A DNA stretch of 64,000 nt from Gracilinanus agilis (lineage: Eukaryota): NCBI RefSeq assembly GCF_016433145.1, contig NC_058130.1, positions 646,752,096 through 646,816,095 of the forward strand, given 5' to 3'. The notes beneath the pieces were generated by a model. The model was given only the letters and a program-made list of their open reading frames with translations, was not told where the DNA came from and searched no databases. Of this stretch, positions 48,271 to 61,720 are shown one piece after another; position 1 is the first letter of the stretch; each line of letters opens with the position of its first letter. The position numbers and the translations under genes are program-made.

Positions 48271-51200
48271 AGGCACTTAGATTGTTGAGTTCAAGTCAAG
48301 ATTCTTCTTTCAGGTTCAAAATATATAAAGAACCCACTAGTCAGAGATCTAACACATCCACAAGCAAAGTTTAAACTTTTAGTTTCAAATCCCTTGTTGT
48401 ACTCTCAGAAGTACAAAACAAGGTTCATTGCAAATAAGGCTCCTTCTCATTGGGTAGATGTCCATCTACCTTTAATGACTGTTTAACAAGCTTAATCATG
48501 TGCCATTCCTTCCATGAGCACATATATACACACAAAAACAATCAGCAAGAACTAAGTACAACATATTCCCTCTGCAGTGGGGATTTACTAAACAGTGAGC
48601 CAGCTGGAAGATGTGACTTCAGTATTATGTGCCATGACAAGGTATCATTTTCCAGAAGTGATCCCATCTCTGTTTTGATGACCCATCTGAATATTCAGAA
48701 ATTCTAAGTATTCGTTCTTACTTGGGTTCCCTTCATTAATCACCAAAGTTCTTTATGAGTAAGTAAAACTATCCAAATCTGTAATCTTACAGTTGAATAT
48801 AGATTTCTGATCATAGTTCAGTAACATCATATGTGGGAAAGTAGAAAACACTCTGGAATTAGTGTTGCAAGACATAAGTTCAAATCTTAGCACTTCTATT
48901 TAATACCTATATGACTATGGATGAATCAGTTCATCTCACTGGAACCTAATTCCTTATGGGAAAAAAAGGAGGTTGTACTAAATGGCCTTTAGGGTACCTT
49001 TCCTAGACCTTCCAGATTTTAGATGCTTTTCATCTCAAAAGTTATTTAATATAACATAATATGAACCCATACTTTTGTTATAATTATGCATATGGACATA
49101 TGTGTATACACATATACATGTTATATCCCACACTGGAATTTAAGCATCTTCAGGGCAGAAATTGGTCATTTTTGTCTTATTTTCCACAGAGTCTACCATA
49201 GTGCTTGAGATGTAGTTGGTACTTAAGAAATGCTTGTTTATCACTTGATGTTTGTTGTTTATTCCAGCTCTGGAGTTCAGTAATTTGTCTTCTTTATCCC
49301 CACTGAAATAATTTTTTTATCATCAGTATGGCTTCATAGAAAATGTCATTCATTTTAAGAATACCTATTTTAAGTAGTCAGGAACACAAAACCATATATA
49401 GAACTATAGGAGTTTTATGTTAGACAATAGGATAGGTCTGAGAAGTTCATATTGTGGGAAACAATATATAAAAGAAAGGTCAACCAAAAGGTGAATGGAG
49501 AGACCTGGAAGTCATAAAGTTACTGAAGCAGTAAAGGTAGCAAGCCCTCAAGCATGCTAAAATTACATTGGTAGACGTCAGTTGAAATTTTGTGGCTTTG
49601 AAAGGTATAGAGGTAGAAAATGTGTTAAGGTCTCTTTTGAGGCTAAATATATTCAATTATGATCTTTCTACATATCAGTATAGTTGGCAGAGACTTGCTG
49701 CTGTCATGATTACATAATTAAAAAATTTAGGTAATACTTTTTAGAGAAGCATATATTTCCTGGAATCATTAAAAGTACACCTTGGAATGACTATATACTA
49801 CATAAATGCTTAGGCAATGATACTTAATTTTTTGTTTGTCCCAGAATGAAGAAATCACAGAATTAGTTTATGCTTTCTATTAAAATGTATTTCCTTGATT
49901 TTTCTTTATAAACAACTTTAACCAAATCCAAAGAGAATAATTTTGGTTTGAATGGCTTATGAGTATTATTGATCATTATTAGTGACATTCTATGCATTAT
50001 GCTTTTTCAATGCTGAATTGGGTAAATATTAAAATATATAGAGGAAACTGAGTTTTAAAAAGTCACTTATCAAGTTACGTATTTAGAACCTGGAGATCTT
50101 CAAACTTATTGCCAATTTTCTTGATGTGTATTTATCCCTGGCATTATTTAAGTGGTGTACATTCTCTTTATGTTTTCATTAATTTATTACACCCAAGAGT
50201 CACGGCCTTTTGTTTTTGGCTCACACATTGTATTTTTTGGAGTTTGCCTGCATTTTAAAATCCTGTCAACTATTTGACCAAAGACTTATCTCATTATGAT
50301 TAAGCTGGATTCTATTTTATTCTTCATCCTGGAGTATCCTGCCCTCAGCCCTGCTTCCTTTCACCTCTCAGTTAAAGAACTGCATCATTTCCTAGTGAGA
50401 ANNNNNNNNNNNNNNNNNNNNNNNNNNNNNNNNNNNNNNNNNNNNNNNNNNNNNNNNNNNNNNNNNNNNNNNNNNNNNNNNNNNNNNNNNNNNNNNNNNN
50501 NNNNNNNNNNNNNNNNNNNNNNNNNNNNNNNNNNNNNNNNNNNNNNNNNNNNNNNNNNNNNNNNNNNNNNNNNNNNNNNNNNNNNNNNNNNNNNNNNNNN
50601 NNNNNNNNNNNNNNNNNNNNNNNNNNNNNNNNNNNNNNNNNNNNNNNNNNNNNNNNNNNNNNNNNNNNNNNNNNNNNTTTGTTGGAGTTTGAATGCAACT
50701 AATCTAACAACAACAACAAACTTCAGCCTTCACAAGAGAAAGATGACTTTGTTTGTAATTAATGGCAAAGAAAGAAAGATAAAATAGTCGTATGCTTCAT
50801 ATTGGGAAGTTGGGCTGTTTGCAATCAAATCATTTTTGAAGGTTTTCCATTCATGATTTAACTTTTCATGTTAGAAATGCAAGACAGGACAGTGAAGTGG
50901 TATCCCTACAAGAACCTTTTAAAAAGTGTTTTTCAGTAAAAGGTGAAGTTGAATGGCTATAGTTAGCATTCTTTCTCATTTTCTTCCTATTATAAAAAGT
51001 CTATCAGCAATGTGTAATGTAAAGCTATTGAAATTATGCCCTTGAGAGTTAATTAAAATTAGATATTGGGTTTGAGCTTGCAATCTGAATTGTCATTAAT
51101 TTCTTAGCAAGAATTTGCAGGGCAATGGGCAGATGGCCTCTGACTTCTGAACTGTATCCTCAATACTACCACCACTACCAATTCCTGTTATTATTTTACA

Positions 51201-51869
51201 ATACTGATATTGCAACTTTTTCAGGGATACATACGTCTTGATTGAATCCTGAAGCAAACTTAATGGATATAGAACCCAGCAAGTTTGTTTGCTATTTGGC
51301 TGTGGCATTTCCATGTGTTGTGGTCCATACAATATCGAATTAATTATAAGACATGACTTGACACTAGCATTACTTTTATGTGTTTATTTTAGCCTTTAGC
51401 ATATCCTTGTTATTCAAATAGGAGAAATTAAATGATTGAAGAATGCCAACTAGATAGATTGTTATATTAGTGGGATGGATACCCAGTAGGGTTTGTTTAT
51501 CGATGTATATTGAACAGATACTGAGTTGAGCTCAGAACTAAAAAAGAGGAAGACAAGATACATGGACTATATATCAAATTACAAAGTTCCCTTCATCACT
51601 CCAAACTTCTTGAAACAAAGGACTATTTTATAATAACAAATATTCTCTCTGAGTGATTATGTGACTAAGACATATATAATAGTATCCAGTGGGGAGGGAT
51701 GAGGGAGATCCAAGAGGAGCCCTGTCCTGATGAGAAAGGACAATAGTATCCATATTCAATTATCTAACCTTTTCAGCAGATCTTTGATAGGACTTTTTCC
51801 CATTCTTGTGTTCTTCCATCCCCAACAAATCTCAACTTATCTCCAAGATGGTCCTAGAAAGTAAAAAAA

Positions 51870-52070
51870 AAATAGCTAATACCTAACATTTATATAACAT
51901 TTACCATGGGCCAGGTACTATGCTAAACATTATTTGATCAGGTCCTCACAGCAACCCTTGGAAGTAGGAGTTATTATCCTTATTATTATTATGGCTGAGG
52001 AAACTGAGGCAAACAAAGGTCTTGACCAAGGTCACATAGCTAATATATGACATAAGCTGGATTTGAATTC
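51870..52070 (-). mobile_element. MIR-family SINE
   Basis: gaggaaactgaggcaaacaaagg...gctggatttgaattc. Confidence 0.75.
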
Positions 52071-53229
52071 ATGTCTAATAATACTGATGATGATCATTTG
52101 TAGTAGTAGTAGTAGCAAGAGCAGCATTTTTACAAGCACTAGCCATTATTTAAAAAGTATAGGATTCAATCCTGACTCTTATTATAATATTCTGAGTAAG
52201 ACAGAGCGGAGAAAAGTGTTTTACAATGGATAAGGAAGCTGGAATCAGGAAATCTAAGTTCAAATATTGCCTCGGGAACTAACTATATATGTGAGCCTCA
52301 GTAACTCACATTTCCAATCTTTGTCTTAGTTTCTTCAGCTGTAGAGTGAAGATGTTGGACCTAGTGGCCCCCCCCCCAGTTTTAATAGCTTTTAAATCTA
52401 TGAACTTATGACTATCATACTGATTTAACAGATAGGCTGACCCAGATGATAAAATGACTTGCCAAAGTTATAGAGCTATTTGGTGGCAGAACCAAGAGTC
52501 AAATATATCTCCTCATTTCAAATTCTGTACACCCCAGGAATTTCCTCCTGAATAAAGAACACCACATTATTAATCTCTTCAGAATAGATCTAGCTTCCAG
52601 AGGATTAAACTCTGCTTTTGAGTTTATTTCCTCATTGCCTTCAAAGATTCAATAGAATTCCATCTTGATCTTCAATACTATCACTGTAAGTGAACTTTAC
52701 TTATCAGGACCTGGAGTAGAGTAGGATTCCATAATTTTCTACTGTTAGAGAAAAAATATTTTTTCCAAATTATTTAAAGGTAAGAATGTATGTAGTATTT
52801 GAGATGGTTGGCCATGAAAACTTTCAGTTTGTTTGCTGTTACCAGGAAAATCAATTTTTATTCCATGAGGAAACAAACAAAACTATTAAAGGCAAAGTGT
52901 CCACTACATAAAGGAAATCACAATATTAAACAAGAAAATGTTTAAAATATGGAAGTGGAATAAAAGAATATTGTAAAAATCCTGATAAATTAAGCATTTG
53001 GTTAATTTAAGAAGAAATGAGTTAAAACTACATGTTCTGTCATGACTATATGGGGTTCTTCATTTTATCTTTTTATATTTTAGAACATTTTAAAAATGCA
53101 TTTTTAAAACTTTAAGTCTTTTCTGATATACTTTTATCACAAAATTTTACCTTACAACCAAGGTGAATAATTAAACAAAATAAACTCTGTGTACTTGAAA
53201 GAAGGAAATGTTGTTTAAACTATTAATCT

Positions 53230-53483
53230 GTTATTTATGACCACAAATGATCATTACACCAACACTTAAGAGCTCAGGAACTGTACTTATTTTATGAATT
53301 GTTCTCCTAACTTCTCTATGCATTAATTTGTATAAAATTTCCCGTATTTTTCTTAATTCCTCATGCTTACTATTTCTTGTGACACAACAATATTCTTTTA
53401 TGTTCAGGATTTGTTCAGTTATTTTGTAATTGATCGACACACATTTTGCTTCTAATTTTTTATTCTTATGAAAAATGCTGCTA
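53230..53483 (-). mobile_element. Old L1 ORF2 3'-end fragment
   Basis: Minus ORF IKEYCCVTRNSKHEELRKIREILYKLMHREVRRT resembles the ORF2p C-terminus (compare VMEYYCAKRN...LQELMQSERSR in the 33665 ORF). Confidence 0.75.
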
Positions 53484-53494
53484 TGAATGCTTTT

Positions 53495-53605
53495 TTCATC
53501 TGTAAAATGATTTGGAGAAGGAAATATCAAACCACTCCATTATCTTTACCAAGAAAATCCCAAATAGGGTTGTGAAGAATGGGACATGACTAAAATAACT
53601 GACTA
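53495..53605 (+). mobile_element. 5'-truncated MAR1 SINE (tail only)
   Basis: catctgtaaaatgatttggagaaggaaatatcaaaccactccattatctttaccaagaaaatcccaaat...gacatgactaaa. Confidence 0.85.
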
Positions 53606-54224
53606 AAAAAAAGGGATAGGGAGAGAGATAGTGATTTGCAATATTCCTTTACATTCAAGATTTGTTCAGTTATTTTGTAATTGATTGACATACATTTTTA
53701 AAATTTTTTTATTCTTACAAAAATGCTGCTACAACCTGTGATTTCAATGGAATAATGTATACTTTTTGTTGCTGATTTTTTTTTGTTTTATAGATCACAA
53801 ATTGAGATGTAGGAACTTAATACGAGACTAAAATACGTTCTTCTGTCTTCTCTACTAGCCTTAGACCTCGACAATCTGGGTTCAGATCCTGCTTTTGACT
53901 GGCTTTGTGACCTTGGGCAAGACACTTGCCCTCTTAGTACTCCAGGTTACTCTTTAAAATTATATATTTCAAAGAAATTATGTAGAAACATTTATAGAAG
54001 AGGTCTCCTCACCTTCAAGTTCTCTATATTTTCATAATAAAATAAACTTAATTGATTTTTTGCGTGTTACATGACATTTCCTGGTATATTTCATTCATTG
54101 AATCTTCCTCTATAGTACATTTAAGCTAAACTGACTGAAAATTACTGCTTCCTATTATTCCATTGAAATCATAGTTCTAGTCTCACTCTCTATCTTCCAA
54201 AACCTTTCCCTTTGGCCTTGTTTT

Positions 54225-54447
54225 ATTATTCAGTCATATTTAACTCTTCAAGACACCCACTGGGATTTTTTTGATGAAGATACTGGAAGGGTTTGCTGTT
54301 CCCTTCTTCATATAATTTTCCAGATGAGGAAATTGAGGCAAACATGTTAAGAGATTTTCACTGTCACGTATCTAGTAAGTGTCTTAGGCTGGATTTGAAC
54401 TCAGGTCTTCCTTTCTCCAAGCCTGGTGCTCTATTCACTGAACCACC
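54225..54447 (-). mobile_element. MAR1 SINE
   Basis: gatactggaagggtttgctgttccctt...cagatgaggaaattgaggcaaac...tttgaactcaggtcttcc. Confidence 0.82.
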
Positions 54448-54540
54448 TATCTGTTCCCAGAATATTCTTAAGAAATAGTCAATTAGTAGTTCTGAAGTTT
54501 TAAATTAATTATTATTATTATATAATTAATTTTACTTTTG

Positions 54541-54810
54541 AGGCAGCTGGTTGGCACAGTAGAGAGAGACCTGAGCTAGAAACTGGAAAAAAACAAGTCT
54601 GAGTTTAGTTAAAGCCTGTGACACTTCTTAACTATATAACGCTGGCCAAGTCATTCAGCCTTTCTATCTGCCTCAGTTTTCTCAACTAAAAAATGGAGAT
54701 AATCATAGAACTTACCTCCCAGGTTTGTTGTGAGGATCAAATGAGAAAATATTTGTAAATAGCTTAGCACAGTTCCTGGTACATAGAAGGCATTTTAATA
54801 AATACTGACT
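54541..54810 (+). mobile_element. MIR-family SINE, near full length
   Basis: aggcagctggttggcacagtag...acctcccaggtttgttgtgaggatcaaatgag...taataaatac. Confidence 0.85.
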
Positions 54811-54899
54811 CCCCTCTCCATCACAAACTATCCTTCAGAAATTCTCCCATCTGTGGGTACCTCCTGGTGCCTAGCTTTTTTGGAGGGACTGAGAATGAC

Positions 54900-55290
54900 A
54901 TGCCTTCTACTTCTGGACTTGTACCTGACCTGCTCTATGCTTCAAAACTATGCCCTCTCTTATAGCTGAGCTGTCCTGGAACTGCCTACCTCCCCCATGG
55001 TCTACTCACCCTGAGATATCCCTCTATGAGATCCTTTTTTCTTCTCATTGGTCATTTCCTCCTGGACCCTTCATTTTTTTGGGGTGGGGTGGTCAGAGAT
55101 ATTCTCCTCTTGACCCTGCTCCTAAGTTTCCTCTGGACTTCAAAACTAAGTCCTCATTCTCCCCTTCCTCACTTTTCAGCTCCCTTTTATATAATGTCTT
55201 CCTCTTTTACATTGTAAGCTCCTTGAGGGCCAGTACTATAATTCCTTTTGCTTGTTCCATATCCCCAGCACCTAGAACATCACCTCTCAC
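54900..55290 (+). mobile_element. L2 3' fragment
   Basis: cattgtaagctccttgagggcc...tatccccagcacctagaaca. Confidence 0.65.
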
Positions 55291-55460
55291 CTAATAATAA
55301 TCAATAAAAGTTTCCTTCCTTGTGATTTTGATATATTCTGACAGAATTCACTCTGACCCCGAGAGAGCAAATTGCTTAAGAGAAGCATGTACATGAGATT
55401 TGTCAAGATGAAAATTATAGTCAGTGAAGTCTAACAGGCAAGTTCAGGTCAAAGGAGCTG

Positions 55461-55975
55461 TTAATAAACATTTGTTAAGGGGGGCAGCTGGGTAGCTCAG
55501 TGGAGTGAGAGTCAGGCCTAGAGACGGGAGGTCCTGGGTTCAAACCCGGCCTCAGCCACTTCCCAGCTGTGTGATCCTGGGCAAGTCACTTGACCCCCAT
55601 TGCCCACCCTTACCACTCTTCCACCTATGAGACAATACACCGAAGTACAAGGGTTTAAAAAAAAAAAACATTTGTTAAGGACCTACTATGTGCCAGACAC
55701 TGTGCTAAGTGCTCAGGATACAAAAAGAAGTAAAAGACATCCCTTGTTCTCAAGGAGTTCACAAACTAATTGGAGAGATAAGGAAACACATATATAGGAT
55801 AAATAGGAAATAATTAAGGAAGGAAAGTCACTAGCATTAAGAGACTTCCTGCAGAAGATAAGATTTTAGTTGGGACTTAATAGAAACCAGGGAAACTGGT
55901 AGATGGAGATGAGGAGGGAGAGTATTGTAGGCATGGGAGTCAGACAGAGAAAATGTCCAAAATTGAGAGATGGAG
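55461..55975 (-). mobile_element. L2 3' fragment, interrupted by a young SINE
   Basis: aataaacatttgttaagg|acctactatgtgccagacactgtgctaagtgct (reverse L2 terminus). Confidence 0.85.
55481..55665 (+). mobile_element. Young SINE1_Mdo-type SINE, short-tail form, inserted in an L2
   Basis: A box tagctcagtgg, B box ggttcaaaccc, CpGs retained, poly(A) tail. Perfect 15-bp TSD aaacatttgttaagg (55466-55480 / 55666-55680). Confidence 0.95.
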
Positions 55976-56189
55976 TGTTTCTTAACTTTTTTTTGTTTGT
56001 TTGTTTGTTTTTTAATATCATAGACTTCTTTGGAAGAATGTTGAAGCCTATTGACCTCTGTTGAGAATAATGTTTTTTTAAATGTGTAAAATAAAATTAT
56101 GAAGGAAACTATGCATATTTAAATATGTTTACACACACATATACACACACACATTTTAAGTTTGTAGATCCAAAGGTAGAGAACCCCTG
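55974..56189. mobile_element. Old hAT/Charlie-like MITE
   Basis: Ends ttcttaac... / ...gagaacccctg, with internal gaagcctattgacc...agaataatgtttt. Related copies lie at ~30045-30205 and ~56610-56855. Confidence 0.7.
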
Positions 56190-57884
56190 ACATACTCACT
56201 GAAATTGATACCTATTATCTACTACAAGCTACCCATATTTTTTTGTCCAGGAGTATCTTTAAGTTTATGGCGGCTTCACCCCTTTTAGTACTGAAAAGTG
56301 GGCTGTAAGTTGATATGTGACTGTGGGATCAAACATCTACCTGTTACTACCAAATCAGTCCCAAATGATGCATGTGGAAATTGAGGTATGATCTTCCTGT
56401 TATACAATAAATGTTTAATAAGTGTCCAATTAGATAGCATTTTCAATGTAGTTTTCAAGAAAAAAATGTTTCAAAAGTTATTAAGTTTTTATTAGTATGA
56501 CTAGAAAGTAAGTTTTTATTAAAGCTTAGTTTCAAAAGAGTTAGTGAATTTTTTCAGTGGTCCTAGTATGAGGATTAAAGAAGATGACTGTAGGGGAAAG
56601 ACGTATAAATACAAGGGACCTTGATTGGTGTGTGTGTGTTTTGACTCCCTTTGGCATATTATTGATGCCTATGGACATCCTTTCAGAATGATGTTAAAGA
56701 ATTGAAAGGAATGCTAAATTTTTATTAAAAGTTACCAAAATATTTTTTCCATAAAAGGTAAAGGTCCCCCTGAAATCTCCCTGTGGATCCTAGTAAATAG
56801 AGTTCTATTCTATTCAAGGGTATTTAGTTCCTGGATCCTAGGTTAAGAATCGCTATCTTAGAGAAATTAAGAGGATAAATAAAGACATGTCATTTGACAA
56901 GAGGAAAGAGAAAGAAGGGTGCAAATTTGGTCCTAGGTAAATGTCGAAGTAAATGGATTTTTCTTCATCTCCGCTATTTTACTATTCCCCCCTCCTGCCA
57001 CTTCTCCCTCTAGGAATCCAAACATTGTCACTGTGGCACTCTGTCCAGGTCTTCCATTTTCTCAGTTCTGTGTGCTCCAAGTTAACTTACACTTACTCTA
57101 TAGATTGATAGATAAAGCAAGCATTTTGTATTGCAGGCACTGTACTAACCCCTATAGACACAAATATAAACAAATACTATCTAGCTGAATGATCCTAAGG
57201 AAGTCATTCAGCCCCCCTGAACCTCTGCACTCATGGAAAGAATTCCCACTTAGGGTCTTCCCTACAAAAAGAGAAAATTTTCCTATCTTAGGGCCACAAT
57301 ACTAGGCTCTAGGGATTCCAAGACTAGAAAGGCAGAGTCCTTGCCTTCAAAGAGCATAAAATCTACTAAGAGGGACAATATGTCATTTTTTTAGACTTCT
57401 ATGAAATAGATGGTATAATCCCCATTGCCACAGATAAGAAAACTGAATCGTAGGATTGTTTAATAAGCTCAATTACAAAATAAAGGCTAGAAAATTGCTA
57501 CTTAACAATCTGATTTTTTTTTCATTCCCATCCTGTGTTCTTTGGCCACTGTTCTAATATCTAGCTCTCTAGGGAAGGGACAATGCAGGACAGTGAATTT
57601 GTAATGAATGAGAACTTTTTTGAATCCTACATTTATGCCATATTCTTTGATATGGGCAGTGTGACTAGATTCCTAATATGTAAAATCTAGATACTAACAT
57701 CTTTCTCAAAAAAAAAAGTAGGAGGTAAGGCATACCTGAGTTCAAATTCCACCTGTGATTCACTGGCCCGCCTTACTCTTGCCAGATGTTTTAGCCTCTT
57801 AGGATCTCAGGCAACTCTCTGATATCATAAATTGTCTAGCAATTGGTTGAGAACTTTTCCTTACTTGGTAGCTCTCTATATCAG

Positions 57885-58075
57885 CAGTTTTCAAAGTGCA
57901 ATCCTCGGAAAATGTAAAACTCTTGGCCTGCAACATTTTGGGGACGAGATTTAAAATATAATTGATAATTGTTTAACAGAATAAATAAAAATGCAATTGA
58001 ACATAGATAACATTAATATGCATCTTTCTAAGGCAATACGTAGGATTCAAGTATCATTATATTCAATTTAGTGTT
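57885..58075. mobile_element. Probable old hAT MITE remnant
   Basis: Starts cagcagttttcaaagtg. The AT-rich internal segment resembles marsupial hAT MITEs, from memory only. Confidence 0.4.
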
Positions 58076-59196
58076 CTATATCTCTATATGAGTTTGACTC
58101 TTCCTTAGAGACCCTTTCAGGTTTCCAGAGATAACATCTCTTTTCATAATAGTACTAATAACACCAACATAATAATAGTTTATTTGTCTATTAAGATCTT
58201 TTTCTTTTTTTCCCAGTTTTATTAATATGCAAGGTCAGATTTTCTTCATCAACAAGAACAAAATATTCTAGCAAATTGAATGCAGTATGAGAATTCATCT
58301 GTCTTCTATTAAGACAAACATTAAAGAGATTTATAAAAATATGTAAAATAATACTCCCATCTCTTTTGGGGAAATATTATTTTTCATATAGCATATTATT
58401 GATATCAACATGCTTTGGGCTGAGTATTATTTAAAGCAATCAGAAAATAGATATTTTATTTTTTACCAGTTTTAATTTCTTATGTTCATAGAACCCAAAT
58501 AAACAAAAGCTCTTTGGTGTACTCAATAATAAAGGAACCTAAAAGGATCCTGGTAACAAAAAGCTGGAGGATAATCACATTGATGGTCACTAATGAATCC
58601 ACTGGTTAATACTACCATTCAAAAAACAATAACAACAACAGCAAAAACAAAAGCCTAAAAATCACCTATCTCAAAGATTTGCTTGTGACATTCAAATTAG
58701 AGAAGGTATGTATGTAACACTTTATAAATCTTAATGTTTTATAAATATCAAATATGGGTATCAGGATAAATAGGATACATTCGCAAAATTCTTAAATCTT
58801 TTGTTTTGCATATGATAAGCGTGTAGGCACAACAGAGGAAACTTTTATTTAAGGTCTTGATTACTATTATACTATTTTCGTTCTAAAATGGGTTTTTGCC
58901 TCATCAAAAAGTTTTTCTAACAAAAGCATTCTACCAGATATTGCAAGAAATCAGTGTTGCCAAGAACACTGTCTTGAAATAAATTCCCAAGAGATAAAAT
59001 CTGAAAGCAATTTATAAACATAATTAATGGAAATAGATAAGTTAACTAAAGATGTTGCAATCTATATTCAAAAAGAACTACTAAATAAAATATTTAGTTT
59101 ATTCTTTTCACATAAAAAGTCAGGACAAAGCTACCTGCCTCCATAAAACAACTCACATTTTTTTTAATTTTTGTACAGATTGTATTAATGCCTTTT

Positions 59197-59382
59197 TTTT
59201 AAATTTTAAACCCTTAACTTCTGTGTATTGACTTATAGGTGGAAGAGTGGTAAGGGTAGGCAATGGGGGTCAAGTGACTTGCCCAGGGTCACACAGCTGG
59301 GAAGTGTTTGAGGTCAGATTTGAACCTAGGACCTCTCGTCTCTAGGCCTGGCTCTCAATCCACTGAGCTACCCAGCTGCCCC
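59197..59382 (-). mobile_element. SINE1_Mdo-type SINE, short-tail form
   Basis: Same head and short tail as the 55481 copy. Perfect TSD taatgcctttt (59186-59196 / 59383-59393). Confidence 0.94.
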
Positions 59383-59934
59383 TAATGCCTTTTAATAATA
59401 ATTTTTCCTGTTAATTTTATTTATTTTTTCTGTTTCTAATGTGGAGGTATTTCAATATCTTGACAATCCCTGGGATGTGGGCACTCTCTCCAGAGTTGCA
59501 CATTCCAACTTACTCATACTTTCTCATGCTGTACTCGTCTATGTCCTCTTGTAAATCTTGTAAGAGAGTTCCATTATTTTAGTAACTGTGAAGCAGTTTG
59601 TCTGTTTATTATCTATCCCTACTGTTATATCAAGGTCTAACTTCCTTTCTGGCCACACTTTCCCTTTTGAAATGCTTTAAGCCAATTCTTGCGGCTTCAC
59701 CATTGATATTATGGTGTACTCTTTATGTCTATTATCTTTCCATTACCCTTTAGGTATTATGATTTTTTGATGATTTGTAACATTATAGCTTTAGTGGAAA
59801 AATAAAGATAGGGAACTAAATATGTGAGATGTATATATATATAAAATTAGGACTGAAAAATCTTCCTTACCACAAGCAGGTCAGTACTTTTAATTCAAAT
59901 GACAATATTAAAGACTTATGTAGAGTGCTGAAGG

Positions 59935-60580
59935 GAAGGGAGGCAAGGGGATAAAAGCATTTATTAAGCACCTAATATGTGCCAGGCACTATTGAAAAAA
60001 CTTTTCAAATATCATCTCATTTGCTCTTTACAGCCCTAGGAGGTACATGTTATTAATATCCCAATTTTACAGTTGAAGTAACTGAGATAAACAGAAGAGA
60101 AATGACCAAAAGAATAAGTGATTTATCCAAGCACACATGGTCATTTTATATTAGAGAGAGGATTATACCCAATTTTTTCTGATTCTGAGGCTAGTTCTTA
60201 GATCATTTTCCTATTCTGCCTCTCTAATGAAAGAATGATGGTGTTAAAATATGGGTTTTTATTTCCAAAAGAATATTTGGGGGGACACTGAAATTTGTAC
60301 TTTTGCAAATGGAAAGACAAACAAGTTGTCATTGAGTGGAATTATTGCCAAGGTCAAAATAATATTAACAATGGATCCTTGTGCTTCAGGGTTGACAAGG
60401 CTCTCTCCTGACCACATTCCTGTGAACTCCTTAGTGTAAGCATTATTATCCTTATTTTGCAGATAAGGAAACTGAAGTTTAAAGAGAGGAAGCAAATTCC
60501 TGACAGTTACATGACTAGCAAGTTTCTAAACCATGACCTGGAGCCAGGTCTCCTAATTCTAAACCCTAAGCTCATTCCAT
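59935..60580 (-). mobile_element. Two MIR-family SINEs (~59935-60220 and ~60420-60580)
   Basis: ttttacagttgaagtaactgag; ttttgcagataaggaaactgaag. Confidence 0.7.
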
Positions 60581-60924
60581 GAAAGCAAGAAAGTAAAGGG
60601 AGTGTTCCTAATTGGAGGGAAAAAAGAAATTAATATAGAGGGAAAGAGAAATATTTAGGTAGAGAGAAAGAGATAGAGAGATAGAAAGATAAATAGACAA
60701 AGAGATTGGTTAAATAACAAGCAGATAGAATATGGTTGGAGAGAGCTCACACTAGAGCAATTACTTATCAAATGATCCATTATCTCTCTCTCTCTCCCAT
60801 CTACCTCCCCCTTTCTGTTTATCTCTCCTTTAAGCATATTTTTAGAAATCAGATACATTGTTCATTCCATTGTTTAAGAAAGGATATATGTTTAGTTTTT
60901 TAAATAGGTCACATAAGGAGCAGA

Positions 60925-61095
60925 TACATAGCACAATAGATAGAGCAGCAGCAACGGAGTTGGGAGAATATAGGCTCAAATATGTCCTCAGACGCTTCCT
61001 AACTATGTGACCATAGGCAAGATCCAATCGCCTAACCCTTGATACTCTTTTGTCTTAGAGTCGATACTAAGACAGAAGGTAACAATTTTTAAAAA
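60925..61095 (+). mobile_element. Degraded SINE1_Mdo-like SINE
   Basis: ctcagacgcttcctaactatgtgacc...tcttagagtcgatactaagacagaaggtaa, followed by an A tail. Confidence 0.7.
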
Positions 61096-61419
61096 TGATA
61101 TACTTAGTATTATCCTCTAATATTATATCTCCTTTCACTATCCCTGGAAGGAAAAAAAAAACTTTCCTTTATTCTGAATTCGAGAGATAAATGTGCCATT
61201 ATTGCCTGATAGCAGCTATCAAGATTGCATGCATGCCATTTCAGGAGAAATAATTTAGTTCTGTTGAATTGTCATTAAATCTTAAATTTTTATAAATTAA
61301 CACAAATATTGCAGGAGGAATAATCCAATGTAGTATAAAATGGATGTTTGAAAAGTCTGTCTTTTGTCCTAATTGTTTTTGTCACTGTACCTCAATTGTT
61401 GCATTGCTAGAACAATCCA

Positions 61420-61720
61420 TCTATCCCATGAGCCTATAATCTAATGGGGGAGACAACATGCAAATAAGATAAATGGGAAATAATTAACAGGAGGAAGACA
61501 CTGGGAATGAGAGTTAGGGAGAGAACTTTTCATTTAGGCACAGAGGATGGCCATAAAGAATAACGAGAGTCAGGACTGAGAGCAGTCAGGAGGTCACTGG
61601 ACTAAAGAGTATGTGCTGGTGGATTGGTTGTTAAAAGACTGAGCAGGTAAGAGGGAATTTGATTATAAAGGGCTTTGAATGCCAAACAGAATTTTGTATT
61701 TTCTCCTGGAGATCCTATAT
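61420..61720 (-). mobile_element. L2 fragment
   Basis: gagcctataatctaatgggggagacaacatgc...gattataaagggctttgaatgccaaacaga. Confidence 0.65.
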
